A stretch of DNA of 64,000 bases from Clostridia bacterium (GTDB taxonomy: Bacteria > Bacillota > Clostridia > UMGS1883 > UMGS1540), in contig JAFSCR010000006.1 of NCBI GenBank assembly GCA_017436645.1, forward strand, positions 16,887-80,886, in the 5' to 3' direction. The translations under genes and the position numbers were made by a program. Within the stretch, counting starts at the first letter, position 1, and each line of letters opens with the position of its first letter. Positions 19,478 to 29,422 of this stretch are shown here, piece after piece. The notes beneath the pieces are model-generated. The model was given only the letters and a program-made list of their open reading frames with translations. It searched no databases and was not told where the DNA came from.

Positions 19478-20380
19478 TTATAAATCATTTCCGCCTAAGA
19501 TGCCGGGCGGCAAAAGCGCACCAAAGCTCCTGTCTTTTGCAAGACGCCTTGTATAAATGGCAACCACCACCTCGCCGGCATCCTTTAAAGCCTCGTTCTC
19601 GAGAAGGACAGCACCGTCCGGCCGAAAGCCTATAAGCATACCGTGTTCTTTCCCCAGCGAGGAAAATGGAATCATGCGAATGCGACTGCGAACGGCTTCG
19701 TCCTCGATGGTTTCCATTCTCGCTTCTCCGTCTTCATCTATTGCAAAGCGAAGTGCCGCCGGCAAAACGGGCAGAAGCTGCTCCATCTCCGCCACAATGA
19801 CGGGCGCACCTGAAAAAGGTTCCGAGAGGGCATTACCGGTGTCGAGAAGTGCATCAAGCCAGACCTCTTTCCCGTTCCAGAATATGCCCACCTTCCTGTG
19901 CATGGCCTCCTGCGCCATTCGGTTTTGCAGTATGCCCCAGATGATGCGAAGAATCACATAGCAAATACCAACCGATGCAAACAGAACCCCCGGTGGCAAA
20001 TTCATATACAGAATGCCGTTTTTGATAAGTGCACCGGTACTTTGTCCCATCCCCGTAAAATAAAACAGCGCCATAACGCCGCCCCCGAGGCAAAACGTGA
20101 CAAGGTAGAATACGCCTACGGTTTTTATGTACAGACGGACGCCTCGCACACGAAACGTAATGGCTACAACGAACAAAGAAAATAAAACTTTTGCCATGGC
20201 ACCATAAATGAAAGACAGGCGTGGGAAGAACATAAAAACCCCATAAAGTGCACCGCACAAAGCACCGAAAACGATTCGCCCGTTGGATGGTGACAGACGG
20301 GCGATTTTCCCTGTCAGATACAAGACCGGCATATTGATTATGAAATTTATGAGAAATAATACATCTATGTAAACGGTCAT
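19478..20380 (-). CDS. spoIIGA: sigma-E processing aspartic peptidase SpoIIGA
   Basis: A membrane N-terminal half plus a C-terminal LLDTGNAL aspartic-protease motif. Position upstream of sigE. Start at MTVYIDVLFL with an AAAAGGGGG RBS. Confidence 0.8.
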   Translation of the reverse strand: MTVYIDVLFLINFIINMPVLYLTGKIARLSPSNGRIVFGALCGALYGVFMFFPRLSFIYGAMAKVLFSLFVVAITFRVRGVRLYIKTVGVFYLVTFCLGGGVMALFYFTGMGQSTGALIKNGILYMNLPPGVLFASVGICYVILRIIWGILQNRMAQEAMHRKVGIFWNGKEVWLDALLDTGNALSEPFSGAPVIVAEMEQLLPVLPAALRFAIDEDGEARMETIEDEAVRSRIRMIPFSSLGKEHGMLIGFRPDGAVLLENEALKDAGEVVVAIYTRRLAKDRSFGALLPPGILGGNDL

Positions 20381-20497
20381 ATTCTGCCCCCTTTTGGCAA
20401 ACAAAAAGCACCGCCTTCCCTGTTACAATCAGTATACAGGAAAAACGGTGCAAATTATGTCACTATAAAGGTGTGATTTATGACTTTCTTTGTCGCA

Positions 20498-21463
20498 TCA
20501 GGTGGAAAGGATTTTCGTAAGTGCCAAATCGCTTTCGCTGATGCTCTTTTTCATGTTAAGAGCCTCTTCAATGGGGATATCGGTAACAACACCGTTTTTT
20601 AAGACAACGATGCGGCTACCTGTTTCCTGCATTAAAATCTCTACGGCATGGGCACCCATGCGGCTTGCCTCAATTCTGTCCCTTGCCGTGGGGCTTCCGC
20701 CACGCTGAATGTAGCCGAGGACGCTGATTCGTGCCTCGATGCCCGTCTTCTGGTGAATTTCCGCCTTAATTTCTTCTGCCTTGCCGACGCCTTCGGCCAG
20801 AATAATAATATAATGGTTTTTGCCACGGTTTCGGCAAGCGAAAATCGGCTTTATAATATCTTCATCCACCGAATAGTTCTTTTCGGGAACGATAACAGCC
20901 TCTGCACCGTTTGCAATGGAAAGGGACAGGGCAATATGGCCTGCGCCTCTGCCCATAACCTCTACAATACTGCATCTTTGATGGCTTGAGATGGTATCAC
21001 GGATTTTATCAATGGCTTCCATGGCCGTATTCATAGCCGTATCATAGCCGATGGTATATTCTGTGCAGTCAATATCGTTATCAATGGTGCCGGGGATGCC
21101 GACGGTCGTCATGCCCATGCGGCTTAAATCTCTTGCGCCACGGAAAGAACCGTCACCGCCGATAACCACAATGGCATCAATGCCGAAAACACGGGCCACC
21201 TCAATGGCACGGGCCACACCCGCCTCTTCTTTAAACGCCATGCATCGGGCCGACTGCAAAAATGTGCCGCCACGCTGCAGGGTGTCAGAAACGCTTCTCG
21301 GGGTAAGCTCCTTGATTTCGCCGTCAATAAGGCCCTGATACCCACGGTTTATGCCCATAACACGAAGTCCGTTTGCACAGCCGGTACGAACAACTGCACG
21401 GATTGCCGCATTCATACCCGGAGCATCGCCGCCGCTTGTCAAAACACCAATTGTTTTAATCAT
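20498..21463 (-). CDS. pfkA: ATP-dependent 6-phosphofructokinase
   Basis: MIKTIGVLTSGGDAPGMNAAIRAVVR...GGDGS... are classical PfkA motifs. Confidence 0.9.
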   Translation of the reverse strand: MIKTIGVLTSGGDAPGMNAAIRAVVRTGCANGLRVMGINRGYQGLIDGEIKELTPRSVSDTLQRGGTFLQSARCMAFKEEAGVARAIEVARVFGIDAIVVIGGDGSFRGARDLSRMGMTTVGIPGTIDNDIDCTEYTIGYDTAMNTAMEAIDKIRDTISSHQRCSIVEVMGRGAGHIALSLSIANGAEAVIVPEKNYSVDEDIIKPIFACRNRGKNHYIIILAEGVGKAEEIKAEIHQKTGIEARISVLGYIQRGGSPTARDRIEASRMGAHAVEILMQETGSRIVVLKNGVVTDIPIEEALNMKKSISESDLALTKILST

Positions 21464-22019
21464 GTCTTTCTTCTCCTTTCTTTCCGGTTACAATGAGTAA
21501 TATTTTAATTTTACCGTAAATTCTTTCTTTTAAAACAGAAAACCCTTCCGGCAAGGAAATTTCCATATCGGCTCGCATCTCCATGACGACAAGGCCATCT
21601 TGCCGAAGCAACGCTTTTTCACTGAGTTTGGCAAGGACGGGTGTGTAAAACCCGCTGTCATAAGGTGGGTCGAGAAAAACCAGTGAATATGTTTCTGTGG
21701 TATTTTCGAGGAACGAAAATGCATCGCCCCGATAAATTCTTGCTCTTTCTGAAAGCCTTGTGTTTTCCAGATTCTTCCGCACAATCTCGAGGGCGTCGGA
21801 CTTGTTTTCCACGAAGGTGCACTTGTTCGCCCCTCTCGATAACGCCTCAATACCGAGGGCGCCGCTGCCGGCAAACAAATCCAGTACCGCCGCCGAAGGG
21901 ACATAATCCATACATAAATTAAACATGGATTCTTTTACCCTGTCGGTTGTAGGTCTTGTTGCCTCTCCTTCGAGGCTTAAAAGCTTTCGCCCACGGGCGG
22001 AGCCTGAAATTACGCGCAT
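21456..22019 (-). CDS. rsmD: 16S rRNA (guanine966-N2)-methyltransferase RsmD
   Basis: MRVISGSARGRKL...RPTTDRVKE...LDLFAGSGALGIEALSRGA...LDPPY matches the RsmD family. Confidence 0.85.
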   Translation of the reverse strand: MRVISGSARGRKLLSLEGEATRPTTDRVKESMFNLCMDYVPSAAVLDLFAGSGALGIEALSRGANKCTFVENKSDALEIVRKNLENTRLSERARIYRGDAFSFLENTTETYSLVFLDPPYDSGFYTPVLAKLSEKALLRQDGLVVMEMRADMEISLPEGFSVLKERIYGKIKILLIVTGKKGEERHD

Positions 22020-22031
22020 GGTTTTCTCCTT

Positions 22032-22535
22032 TTATAATGCCATAAAGTACACATTTCTTTCATAGTGTCCCTGGCGGATAATTGTCTTTTTATATTCCAT
22101 TCCCAGTTTTCGGATGGATGCATTGCTGGGAAGATTATCGGGATGTGCCGTAGCTAAAAGATAGTCGAACCCTTTTTCTTTTGCCGCTTCCACGAGAGAA
22201 GAATTCAGCTTATACATCATGTTTTGTCCCCTAAACTTCGGAAGCACCATACTGATGCCAAGCTCTGCGCCTTTTTTCGTAAGGGGTGCTCCTGCCGCCT
22301 TTGCCACTTCCTCGATTTCTTCATAACATGTATCGTAAAGAGATACGCCGGCAAGTTCTCCGTCCACAAAACAGCCGTGGACAACAAATGTACTTTCGGG
22401 CAAAAACATGGTCTTTAAAAGTTCGTCCGAGAGTGGCATAAACCAGTCAGGATTCGGAAGACAGCCGAGGACTTCCTGCGTCAGCGCAAGATATGCCGTA
22501 TGGTGGCTCGCATCAAGTCTTTGAATTTCTGTCAT
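22032..22535 (-). CDS. GNAT-family N-acetyltransferase
   Basis: It has the GNAT fold motif ...ISMVLPKFRGQNMMYKL... and overlaps the folC stop codon by 4 nt. Confidence 0.65.
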   Translation of the reverse strand: MTEIQRLDASHHTAYLALTQEVLGCLPNPDWFMPLSDELLKTMFLPESTFVVHGCFVDGELAGVSLYDTCYEEIEEVAKAAGAPLTKKGAELGISMVLPKFRGQNMMYKLNSSLVEAAKEKGFDYLLATAHPDNLPSNASIRKLGMEYKKTIIRQGHYERNVYFMAL

Positions 22536-23836
22536 GCCGTTTCTCCTTTAATTTTATCATGTGCCGCCTTCATATCAGCCAGCATATACAGGGACCCAAA
22601 TGCTAAAATCACATCCGGCTTTTCCATAAGGGCGAGGCGGACAGCATCTTCCATGGAAGATGCCGCATGCACATTTCGATTATATTTTTCAGCCGCCGCC
22701 TTCAGCTTTTCTGCAGAAAGCGCACGAGGTGAGGGTACTGTAACGGTATAAAGAGAATGAAAAACACCGCCGATTTTCTCCATTGCCTTTTCATATTCCT
22801 TATCGGCAAGCATTCCCGTAATGCCTACAAGTTTTTTGCCCGCAAAAAGGTCTTCTGCCGCTTTTTTCAAAGCGGTAATGCCATCATCATTATGGGCACC
22901 GTCCAGAATAAAGAGGGGGGCCTCTCCAATGGTTTCGAATCTCCCTCTGTGGCGGACAGCCTGAAACCCACGGTATATGGCCTCATCCGGAATTTCTATG
23001 CCTTTTTTCCGCAGTACATCAATAATCGCTAAAGTCACACAAGCATTTTTCGCCATATGTGCACCTGCAAGGGGAAGAAAAAGTTCCTCATATTCCTCTG
23101 CAGAAAATGTGGTGCCAACATGAGAAGCTGCCGTAATTTCCGGCAAAGGCGCTATCGTCATCGGCACATTTTTCTCCCTGCATTTTTCCCGAATGACCTC
23201 CAGCGCCTCGGGCGGTTGCTCCCCGTAAATAACTGCAGGAACACCTTCTTTTAAAATGCCGCATTTTTCTGCCGCAATCTCGGAAATAGAATTGCCGAGA
23301 TACTGCATATGGTCATACCCGATGCAGGCTATAGCCGTGCAAAGGGGATTATCAATAACGTTGGTAGCATCGAGTCTGCCGCCAAGGCCTACTTCCAAGG
23401 CAACGTACCGGCATCCGGCCTCTTGAAAGCACAAAAGGCCAACTGCCGTTACAATTTCAAACTCGGTGGGATGATTAAACCCTGCCTCCACCATTTCTTC
23501 GCACGCCTTTTTTACAATATATGTGTTTTTTGCAATGGATGCGTCATCTACCTCTTTCCCGTCAATCTGTATTCTTTCGTTAAATCGGTATACAAAAGGA
23601 GAGGTGTATGCACCCGTTTTGTAGCCTGCGGCCGTTAAAACGGCGGCAAGGGACGATGTAACCGTCCCTTTTCCGTTGGTACCTGCAATATGCACAAACC
23701 CCAGACTATCCTGAGGTCTGCCGATGCGCTCGCACAGCTCTCTTATATTGGTAAGCCCAAGCTTTGAACCAAGCTTTAGGGAGCCGTGAATAAAGGAGAG
23801 GGCATCGTCATAACTAAAATCATTTGAAAGCTTCAA
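22532..23836 (-). CDS. folC: folylpolyglutamate synthase / dihydrofolate synthase
   Basis: [16 protein letters not shown]-loop, and a Mur-ligase-like middle domain and C-terminus. Confidence 0.85.
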   Translation of the reverse strand: MKLSNDFSYDDALSFIHGSLKLGSKLGLTNIRELCERIGRPQDSLGFVHIAGTNGKGTVTSSLAAVLTAAGYKTGAYTSPFVYRFNERIQIDGKEVDDASIAKNTYIVKKACEEMVEAGFNHPTEFEIVTAVGLLCFQEAGCRYVALEVGLGGRLDATNVIDNPLCTAIACIGYDHMQYLGNSISEIAAEKCGILKEGVPAVIYGEQPPEALEVIREKCREKNVPMTIAPLPEITAASHVGTTFSAEEYEELFLPLAGAHMAKNACVTLAIIDVLRKKGIEIPDEAIYRGFQAVRHRGRFETIGEAPLFILDGAHNDDGITALKKAAEDLFAGKKLVGITGMLADKEYEKAMEKIGGVFHSLYTVTVPSPRALSAEKLKAAAEKYNRNVHAASSMEDAVRLALMEKPDVILAFGSLYMLADMKAAHDKIKGETA

Positions 23837-26435
23837 TGCTTGCCAACACCTTTTCTAACATTTCTTCGTATTTTGCCTGTTTGGCTTTTTCTTCTTCTAC
23901 GAGCTTTGCCGGTGCCTTTGCCACAAAGCCGGGGTTTGAAAGCTTTCCGCTGGTGCGGCGGATTTCGCTTTCAAGGTTTTCCTTTTCTTTCATAAGGCGG
24001 GCAATTTCTTTTTCTTTATCAATAAGCTGGTCTGTGGGCATAAAGAGCATTGCGCCTTCCACAACCACGGTAAGTGCCTTTTCGCAGTCTGCATCCTTTT
24101 CTGCTTTTACAATAACCTCAGATGCACCTGCAAGCTTTTTGAAGAATTCTTCACTCTTCGTAAATAATTCCTGTCTGTCGGTTACGGCATAGAGCGTTGC
24201 ACGCTTTGACGGGGGAATCTGCATTTCCGCTCTTGCATTTCGAATGCCGCGGATAGCGTCACAGATAATTTCGATTTCCGCTTCTTCTTTCGGGAAGGAA
24301 AGCTCTTCATTATATGTGGGCCACTGGGAAATCATAATGCTTTCATCCCCTGTGGGAAGTGCGGTGTAAATTTCATCCGTTACAAAAGGCATAAAGGGAT
24401 GAAGAAGCTTTAAGACGCCTGCAAGAACGTAGCAGAGCGTGTTCTGCGCATCCTTTTTGGTGGGGCATTCCGCATCATAAAGACGGGGCTTTGTCATTTC
24501 AATATACCAGTCACAGTATACGTCCCAGATAAAGTCATAAACTTTGCCGAGGGCAACACCGATTTCATAATGTTCAAGGTTATCGGTAACTTCTTTTACA
24601 AGTGCATTGTACTTAGAAAGAATCCACTTATCCTCTGCCTGGGGATTTTCGGGAAGCGCCACTTTTTCAATATCCAGATTCATCATTACAAAGCGTGCCG
24701 CATTCCAGAGTTTATTGGCAAAGTTACGGCTGGCTTCCACTCTTTCCATGTAAAAGCGCATATCGTTACCGGGCGAGTTGCCGGTGGCAAGGGTAAAGCG
24801 AAGGGCATCCGCACCGTACTGGTCAATAACTTCAAGGGGATCAATGCCGTTTCCGAGGGATTTGGACATTTTACGTCCCTGACTGTCACGGACAAGGCCG
24901 TGGAGGAATACGTGTTTGAAGGGTTCTTTGCCCATATGCTCCATACCGGAGAAAATCATACGGGAAACCCAGAAGAAGATAATGTCATACCCTGTTACAA
25001 GTACGCTTGTGGGGTAGTAATATGCAAGGTCTTCTGTTTTGTCCGGCCAACCGAGTGTGGAGAAAGGCCAGAGTGCGGAAGAAAACCATGTGTCAAGAAC
25101 GTCATCTTCCTGCCGCATCGTGCCGCCACAATCACATGTGGTAACATCCTCACGGGAAACCACCATCTTGCCGCACTTATCGCAGTAAAAGGCAGGAATA
25201 CGGTGACCCCACCAGAGCTGACGGGAAATACACCAGTCGTGTACATTTTCCATCCAGTTCATGTACGTTTTAGAGAATCTGGAGGGGATAAATTCAATGG
25301 TACCGTCCTTTACAACACGCATTGCATCTTTTGCAAGGGGTTCCATTTTTACAAACCACTGTTCGCTCGTTAAGGGTTCTACGGTGGTGCCGCAGCGATA
25401 GCATGCGCCAACATTGTGGTTGTGTTCCACGGTTTTGACGAGAAGGCCTTCTTTTTCAAGGTCCTCCACCATGGCACGTCTTGCTTCATAGCGGTCCATG
25501 CCTTTATATTTGCAGTCAAAGGAAATCTTGGCATCGTCGTCCATAACACGAATCTCTTCGAGATTGTGACGCTTGCCGACCTCAAAGTCGTTGGGGTCAT
25601 GGGCAGGGGTGATTTTAACGGCACCCGTTCCGAATTCCTTATCTACATAATCATCTGCAACCACGGGGATTTCACGGCCAACGAGAGGCAGAATCAGGGT
25701 TTTACCGATTAAATCGGCAAAGCGTTCATCCTCAGGGTTTACGGCAACAGCCGTATCACCAAGGAGGGTTTCGGGACGGGTTGTGGCAATTTCCACAAAA
25801 CGGTCCTCACCCTTTACAGGATAAAGAATGTGCCAGAAATGGCCGGCCTGTTCGCTGTATTCAACTTCTGCATCGGAAAGGGCTGTGCGGCAATGGGGAC
25901 ACCAGTTAATAATGCGGTTACCCTTATAGATAAGGCCTTTTTCATAAAGGCTTACGAAAACTTCACGGACGGCTCTGGAGCAGCCTTCGTCCATGGTAAA
26001 ACGTTCTCTGTCCCAGTCACAGGAAGAACCGAGGCTTTTGAGCTGGTTAATAATACGGTCACCGTACTGATTCTTCCATGCCCATACTCTTTCAAGGAAT
26101 TTTTCACGGCCAAGATCATGACGTGTAAGGCCTTCTTCCTTGCGAAGCTGTTCTTCAACCTTAATCTGGGTAGCAATACCGGCATGGTCTGTGCCCGGTA
26201 CCCAAAGTGCGCTGTAGCCCTGCATACGTCTGAAACGGATGAGGATATCCTGCAGCGTTTCGTCAAGGGCGTGTCCCATGTGGAGCTGCCCCGTGACGTT
26301 GGGAGGCGGAATTACGATACAGAACGGCTTTTTGTTCTTATCGGGAGAAGCTTTAAAGTAGCCGTTTTCCTGCCATTTTTTATATAACTTTTTCTCTACC
26401 TGACTCGGTTCGTAGGTTTTATCAATGTTTTTCAT
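23820..26435 (-). CDS. valS: valyl-tRNA synthetase
   Basis: [15 protein letters not shown] (HIGH), KMSKSLGN (KMSKS), and a C-terminal coiled coil. 871 aa. Confidence 0.95.
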   Translation of the reverse strand: MKNIDKTYEPSQVEKKLYKKWQENGYFKASPDKNKKPFCIVIPPPNVTGQLHMGHALDETLQDILIRFRRMQGYSALWVPGTDHAGIATQIKVEEQLRKEEGLTRHDLGREKFLERVWAWKNQYGDRIINQLKSLGSSCDWDRERFTMDEGCSRAVREVFVSLYEKGLIYKGNRIINWCPHCRTALSDAEVEYSEQAGHFWHILYPVKGEDRFVEIATTRPETLLGDTAVAVNPEDERFADLIGKTLILPLVGREIPVVADDYVDKEFGTGAVKITPAHDPNDFEVGKRHNLEEIRVMDDDAKISFDCKYKGMDRYEARRAMVEDLEKEGLLVKTVEHNHNVGACYRCGTTVEPLTSEQWFVKMEPLAKDAMRVVKDGTIEFIPSRFSKTYMNWMENVHDWCISRQLWWGHRIPAFYCDKCGKMVVSREDVTTCDCGGTMRQEDDVLDTWFSSALWPFSTLGWPDKTEDLAYYYPTSVLVTGYDIIFFWVSRMIFSGMEHMGKEPFKHVFLHGLVRDSQGRKMSKSLGNGIDPLEVIDQYGADALRFTLATGNSPGNDMRFYMERVEASRNFANKLWNAARFVMMNLDIEKVALPENPQAEDKWILSKYNALVKEVTDNLEHYEIGVALGKVYDFIWDVYCDWYIEMTKPRLYDAECPTKKDAQNTLCYVLAGVLKLLHPFMPFVTDEIYTALPTGDESIMISQWPTYNEELSFPKEEAEIEIICDAIRGIRNARAEMQIPPSKRATLYAVTDRQELFTKSEEFFKKLAGASEVIVKAEKDADCEKALTVVVEGAMLFMPTDQLIDKEKEIARLMKEKENLESEIRRTSGKLSNPGFVAKAPAKLVEEEKAKQAKYEEMLEKVLASIEAFK

Positions 26436-26449
26436 TTTTAAAATCCTTT

Positions 26450-28078
26450 CTATTTCGTTCTCAGGGCGTTTCTCGTAATTTTACCCGATGTGGTTTTGGG
26501 AAGCTCGGGTACATACTCAATTTTTCGGGGGTATTTATACGGTGCCGTCATTTTCTTAACGTAAGTCTGGAGTTCTTTGGTAAGCTCTTCGCTTTCTTCG
26601 AAGCCCGGTGAAAGCACCACAACGGCACATACAATCTGGCCACGGATTTCGTCAGGTCGGCCGATAATGGCACATTCTTTTACTGCCGGATGGGTATTTA
26701 AAATGCTTTCGATTTCAAAAGGCCCGATACGATAACCGGAGCATTTAATCATGTCGTCATTTCTGCCAACGTACCAGTAATACCCGTCTTCATCCTCATA
26801 GGCAATGTCGCCTGTGTGGTAAATGCCGTTTTCTACAGGGTTAATCTTTTCCCCGTCCTGATAATAATAATCGAGAAGGCCAACCTGCTTGCCGTCTTTT
26901 ACAAACATAACAACTTCCCCTTCGTCACCTGCCGGACAGCGGTTGCCGTCCTTGTCCACAAGGGCAACATCATAAAGGGGTGAAGGCTTGCCCATGGAAG
27001 AGGGGCGAATGTCAAGCCACTGGAAGGAGCAGGTAATGGGTGTGCCTTCGCTCTGGCCGTAGCCTTCATGTATATAGTGACCGCAAAGGTCATAAAATGC
27101 GCTGTTTACTTCGCCGGATAAAGGCTCACCGGCCGTAGCAAACCACTTGATGGATTCGAGGTGTTCTCTGCCGATGCCCGCTTTCAGAAGGAAGCGGTAC
27201 ATGGTGGGCGGAATACAGAGCGAAGTGGGTTTAAATTCCTTCATATGCTCCATAAGCTGTTCGGGGCTGAAACGAACGGGGTCATAACCGAGGATTGCAC
27301 TGCCGCAAATCCACTGGCCGTAAATGTTGCCCCAGCCGAATTTTGCCCAGCCGCTGTCGCTTTGTGTAAGATGCAGGCCGTTATTCTGCACACACTGCAT
27401 ATATTTTGCTGTCATAATATGCCCTAAGGGATAGGTACGGTTATGCACCGCCATTTTCGGATACCCTGTGGTGCCGGAGGTAAAATAGAGAAGCATCTGG
27501 TCCTCATTCTTGCCTTCGTCGGGTGCGTCGTATAAGTCGCATTTTTCAAATTCACCCGTAAAATAGGGATAACCTTCCACTTCTTCGTCCCCTGCAAAAA
27601 TTGCAGTAACTTTAGAGCGGAGGGATTTGACCTGGCTGACAACGAATTCATCATTTAAAGCAATAACAAATTTTGCATCCGCCTGGGCGAGACGATAGTC
27701 AATATCCTTGGCACGAAGCTGGATGGATGCAGGAATCAGCACGGCGCCGATTCTGTGGAGTGCCACGGCGCAAATCCAGTATTCGTATCTGCGGCGCAGA
27801 AGGGTAAGCACCTTATCGCCACGACGAATGCCGAGGTTTGTAAAGTATGTGGCGGCCTTTTTGGAAAGGGTGGAAATTTCGGCGAAGGTGAAAACCCTCG
27901 AAAACCCTTCGTCATTACAGTAAACGAGGGCTCTTTTTTCAGGTTCTGCCTCTGCCCATGCATCCACAACGTCTCTCGCAAATTCAAATTTTTCGGGGAC
28001 TTCCAGCTTGAAGTTCTGCATAAAATCTTCGTAGCTGTCAAACTCTGTCCGTTTCATAAACCGTTTTAAAAGTTCCAT
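26450..28078 (-). CDS. AMP-dependent synthetase/ligase (acyl-CoA synthetase-like adenylate-forming enzyme)
   Basis: [11 protein letters not shown] (AMP-binding P-loop), [41 protein letters not shown] and a C-terminal K all match ANL-superfamily motifs. Start chosen at MELLKRF (28078) with a GGAAG RBS. Its stop lies 14 nt from the valS start. Confidence 0.8.
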   Translation of the reverse strand: MELLKRFMKRTEFDSYEDFMQNFKLEVPEKFEFARDVVDAWAEAEPEKRALVYCNDEGFSRVFTFAEISTLSKKAATYFTNLGIRRGDKVLTLLRRRYEYWICAVALHRIGAVLIPASIQLRAKDIDYRLAQADAKFVIALNDEFVVSQVKSLRSKVTAIFAGDEEVEGYPYFTGEFEKCDLYDAPDEGKNEDQMLLYFTSGTTGYPKMAVHNRTYPLGHIMTAKYMQCVQNNGLHLTQSDSGWAKFGWGNIYGQWICGSAILGYDPVRFSPEQLMEHMKEFKPTSLCIPPTMYRFLLKAGIGREHLESIKWFATAGEPLSGEVNSAFYDLCGHYIHEGYGQSEGTPITCSFQWLDIRPSSMGKPSPLYDVALVDKDGNRCPAGDEGEVVMFVKDGKQVGLLDYYYQDGEKINPVENGIYHTGDIAYEDEDGYYWYVGRNDDMIKCSGYRIGPFEIESILNTHPAVKECAIIGRPDEIRGQIVCAVVVLSPGFEESEELTKELQTYVKKMTAPYKYPRKIEYVPELPKTTSGKITRNALRTK

Positions 28079-28094
28079 TTTTTTCTTCCTTTCG

Positions 28095-28415
28095 TAATGC
28101 TGTGCAGATAGGGTGTCGCTTTTATGCACTGCAAACAAAAAAGCCATTCACCCCGTATTAGGACGAATGACTCGTGGTACCACCTAACTTCGTTTGCCGC
28201 TCACGCCGCAAACCTCTGCCGGCACTTTTATGCCGTTTCCTATTTTACGGTTGGATTTCCGTCGAAGTCTACTAGAAGGCATTTGCCCTTTTTCGGTCCG
28301 CAGCTCCGAGACTACTTCCCTATCCTTCCGCCGAAGCGCTTCCACCGTCCGCTTCTCTCTATAGGTTTATGGGGTAGGTACTCCTTCTCTTCATTGCCTT
28401 TTTCTATATTCATTT
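28095..28415 (-). promoter_or_regulatory. T-box riboswitch leader controlling the ligase-valS operon
   Basis: On the minus strand there is a stem I GA/AGTA region (aatgaagagaaggagta), a T-box sequence aggtggtaccacg (plus 28183-28195), and a terminator hairpin gtcattcgtcc...ggggtgaatggc plus uuuuuu (28137-28171) whose 5' arm can pair alternatively with the T-box. Confidence 0.6.
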
Positions 28416-28421
28416 TTATAT

Positions 28422-28450
28422 AGTATATCCGTTTTTTCCCGATTTGTCAA
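28422..28450 (-). promoter_or_regulatory. sigma-A promoter (TTGACA, 17 nt, TATACT) driving the T-box leader
   Basis: Minus strand reads gcttgacaaatcgggaaaaaacggatatact. Both hexamers are consensus or near-consensus. Confidence 0.5.
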
Positions 28451-28482
28451 GCTTTTTTCTGATTTTTTTGCGGAATTTAAAT

Positions 28483-28510
28483 TGCAAAGGGCGGAAAGAT
28501 ATGCTATACT
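28483..28510 (+). promoter_or_regulatory. sigma-A promoter (TTGCAA, 16 nt, TATACT) for ylmH
   Basis: ttgcaaagggcggaaagatatgctatact is divergent from and back-to-back with the T-box promoter. Confidence 0.45.
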
Positions 28511-28532
28511 GGTTAAAGAAAGAAGGTTTTTC

Positions 28533-29306
28533 ATGGAAAAAGCTGAACTGATCCGGAAATTTGCGCAAAATAATGATGATAAAATCTTCCTTGCCCACAT
28601 TCTTGACAAGGAAGCACTTTGCATGCAAAAAAACATTCCTACGGAAGGAGATTTTCTGGATGGGCGGCAACAAGCCCTTCTTCTTTCTCTATCCCCTTAT
28701 ATGGCGGTAAAGCCTATATTATGGGGTGGCTTTGACGATGCAGAACGGAAAATGTTCTTTTTCCTTCCTGATTATATGGAAGATGTCCCCCCGGATGCCC
28801 TCGCCCTTATAAAAGCCACCCATCGGGATGCGAAAGCCCCCTCGCACCGTGATTATCTCGGCAGTATTTTAGGTCTTGGTGTAAAAAGAGAAGGTGTTGG
28901 AGATATTCTTGTTTCCGATACGGGTGCACAGATTATTGTCCGTGCATCCCTTGCGGACTTTTTCCTTACAAACTATGTGAGTGCAGGAAGAGTGCATCTT
29001 TCTGTTTCTTCTCTTCCCATATGCGAACTTGTAATTCCCGAAAAGGAACCCGTTTTCAAAACGGCTTCCCTTGCGTCCCTTCGTGCTGATGCGGTCCTCG
29101 CTGCAGCTTTCAATGTTTCCCGCACACTTTCTCAGGAGGCAATCCGCACGGGGCGTGTGCATCTGAATAATCTCCCCCTTTTAAAAGGAGATAAAATCCT
29201 CGCTGTGGGCGATAAAATCCGCTGGCAGGGAAAGGGCAGATTTATTCTCGCTGAAACGGGCGGACAAAGTCGGAAAGGCCGCCTTTTTGTCACATTCAAG
29301 TTCTGA
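28533..29306 (+). CDS. ylmH: S4-domain RNA-binding protein YlmH
   Basis: Its architecture and motifs align with B. subtilis YlmH. The N-domain has FLD.R..AL and a GG...AERK region, plus HRDYLGSILGLGVKREGVGDIL. The C-terminal S4 domain reads SLRADAVLAAAFNVSRTLSQEAIRTGRVHLNN. Confidence 0.75.
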   Translation: MEKAELIRKFAQNNDDKIFLAHILDKEALCMQKNIPTEGDFLDGRQQALLLSLSPYMAVKPILWGGFDDAERKMFFFLPDYMEDVPPDALALIKATHRDAKAPSHRDYLGSILGLGVKREGVGDILVSDTGAQIIVRASLADFFLTNYVSAGRVHLSVSSLPICELVIPEKEPVFKTASLASLRADAVLAAAFNVSRTLSQEAIRTGRVHLNNLPLLKGDKILAVGDKIRWQGKGRFILAETGGQSRKGRLFVTFKF

Positions 29307-29422
29307 GATAAATAAAATTTAAACATTTTGTAAATCTCGCCAAAACCGCCTTGACAGAAAGGGCGGTTTTGTCGTAAAGTTTAAATATGTTTTCAGTATC
29401 TTTGCCATAAGGAGGCTACATA

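Noticed and set aside
20405-20497. Spo0A 0A boxes (TGTCGAA) upstream of spoIIGA.
   Set aside because: Only a degenerate TGTCGCA (20486-20492) was found, and it lies within the end of the pfkA coding region. That is insufficient to call a binding site.
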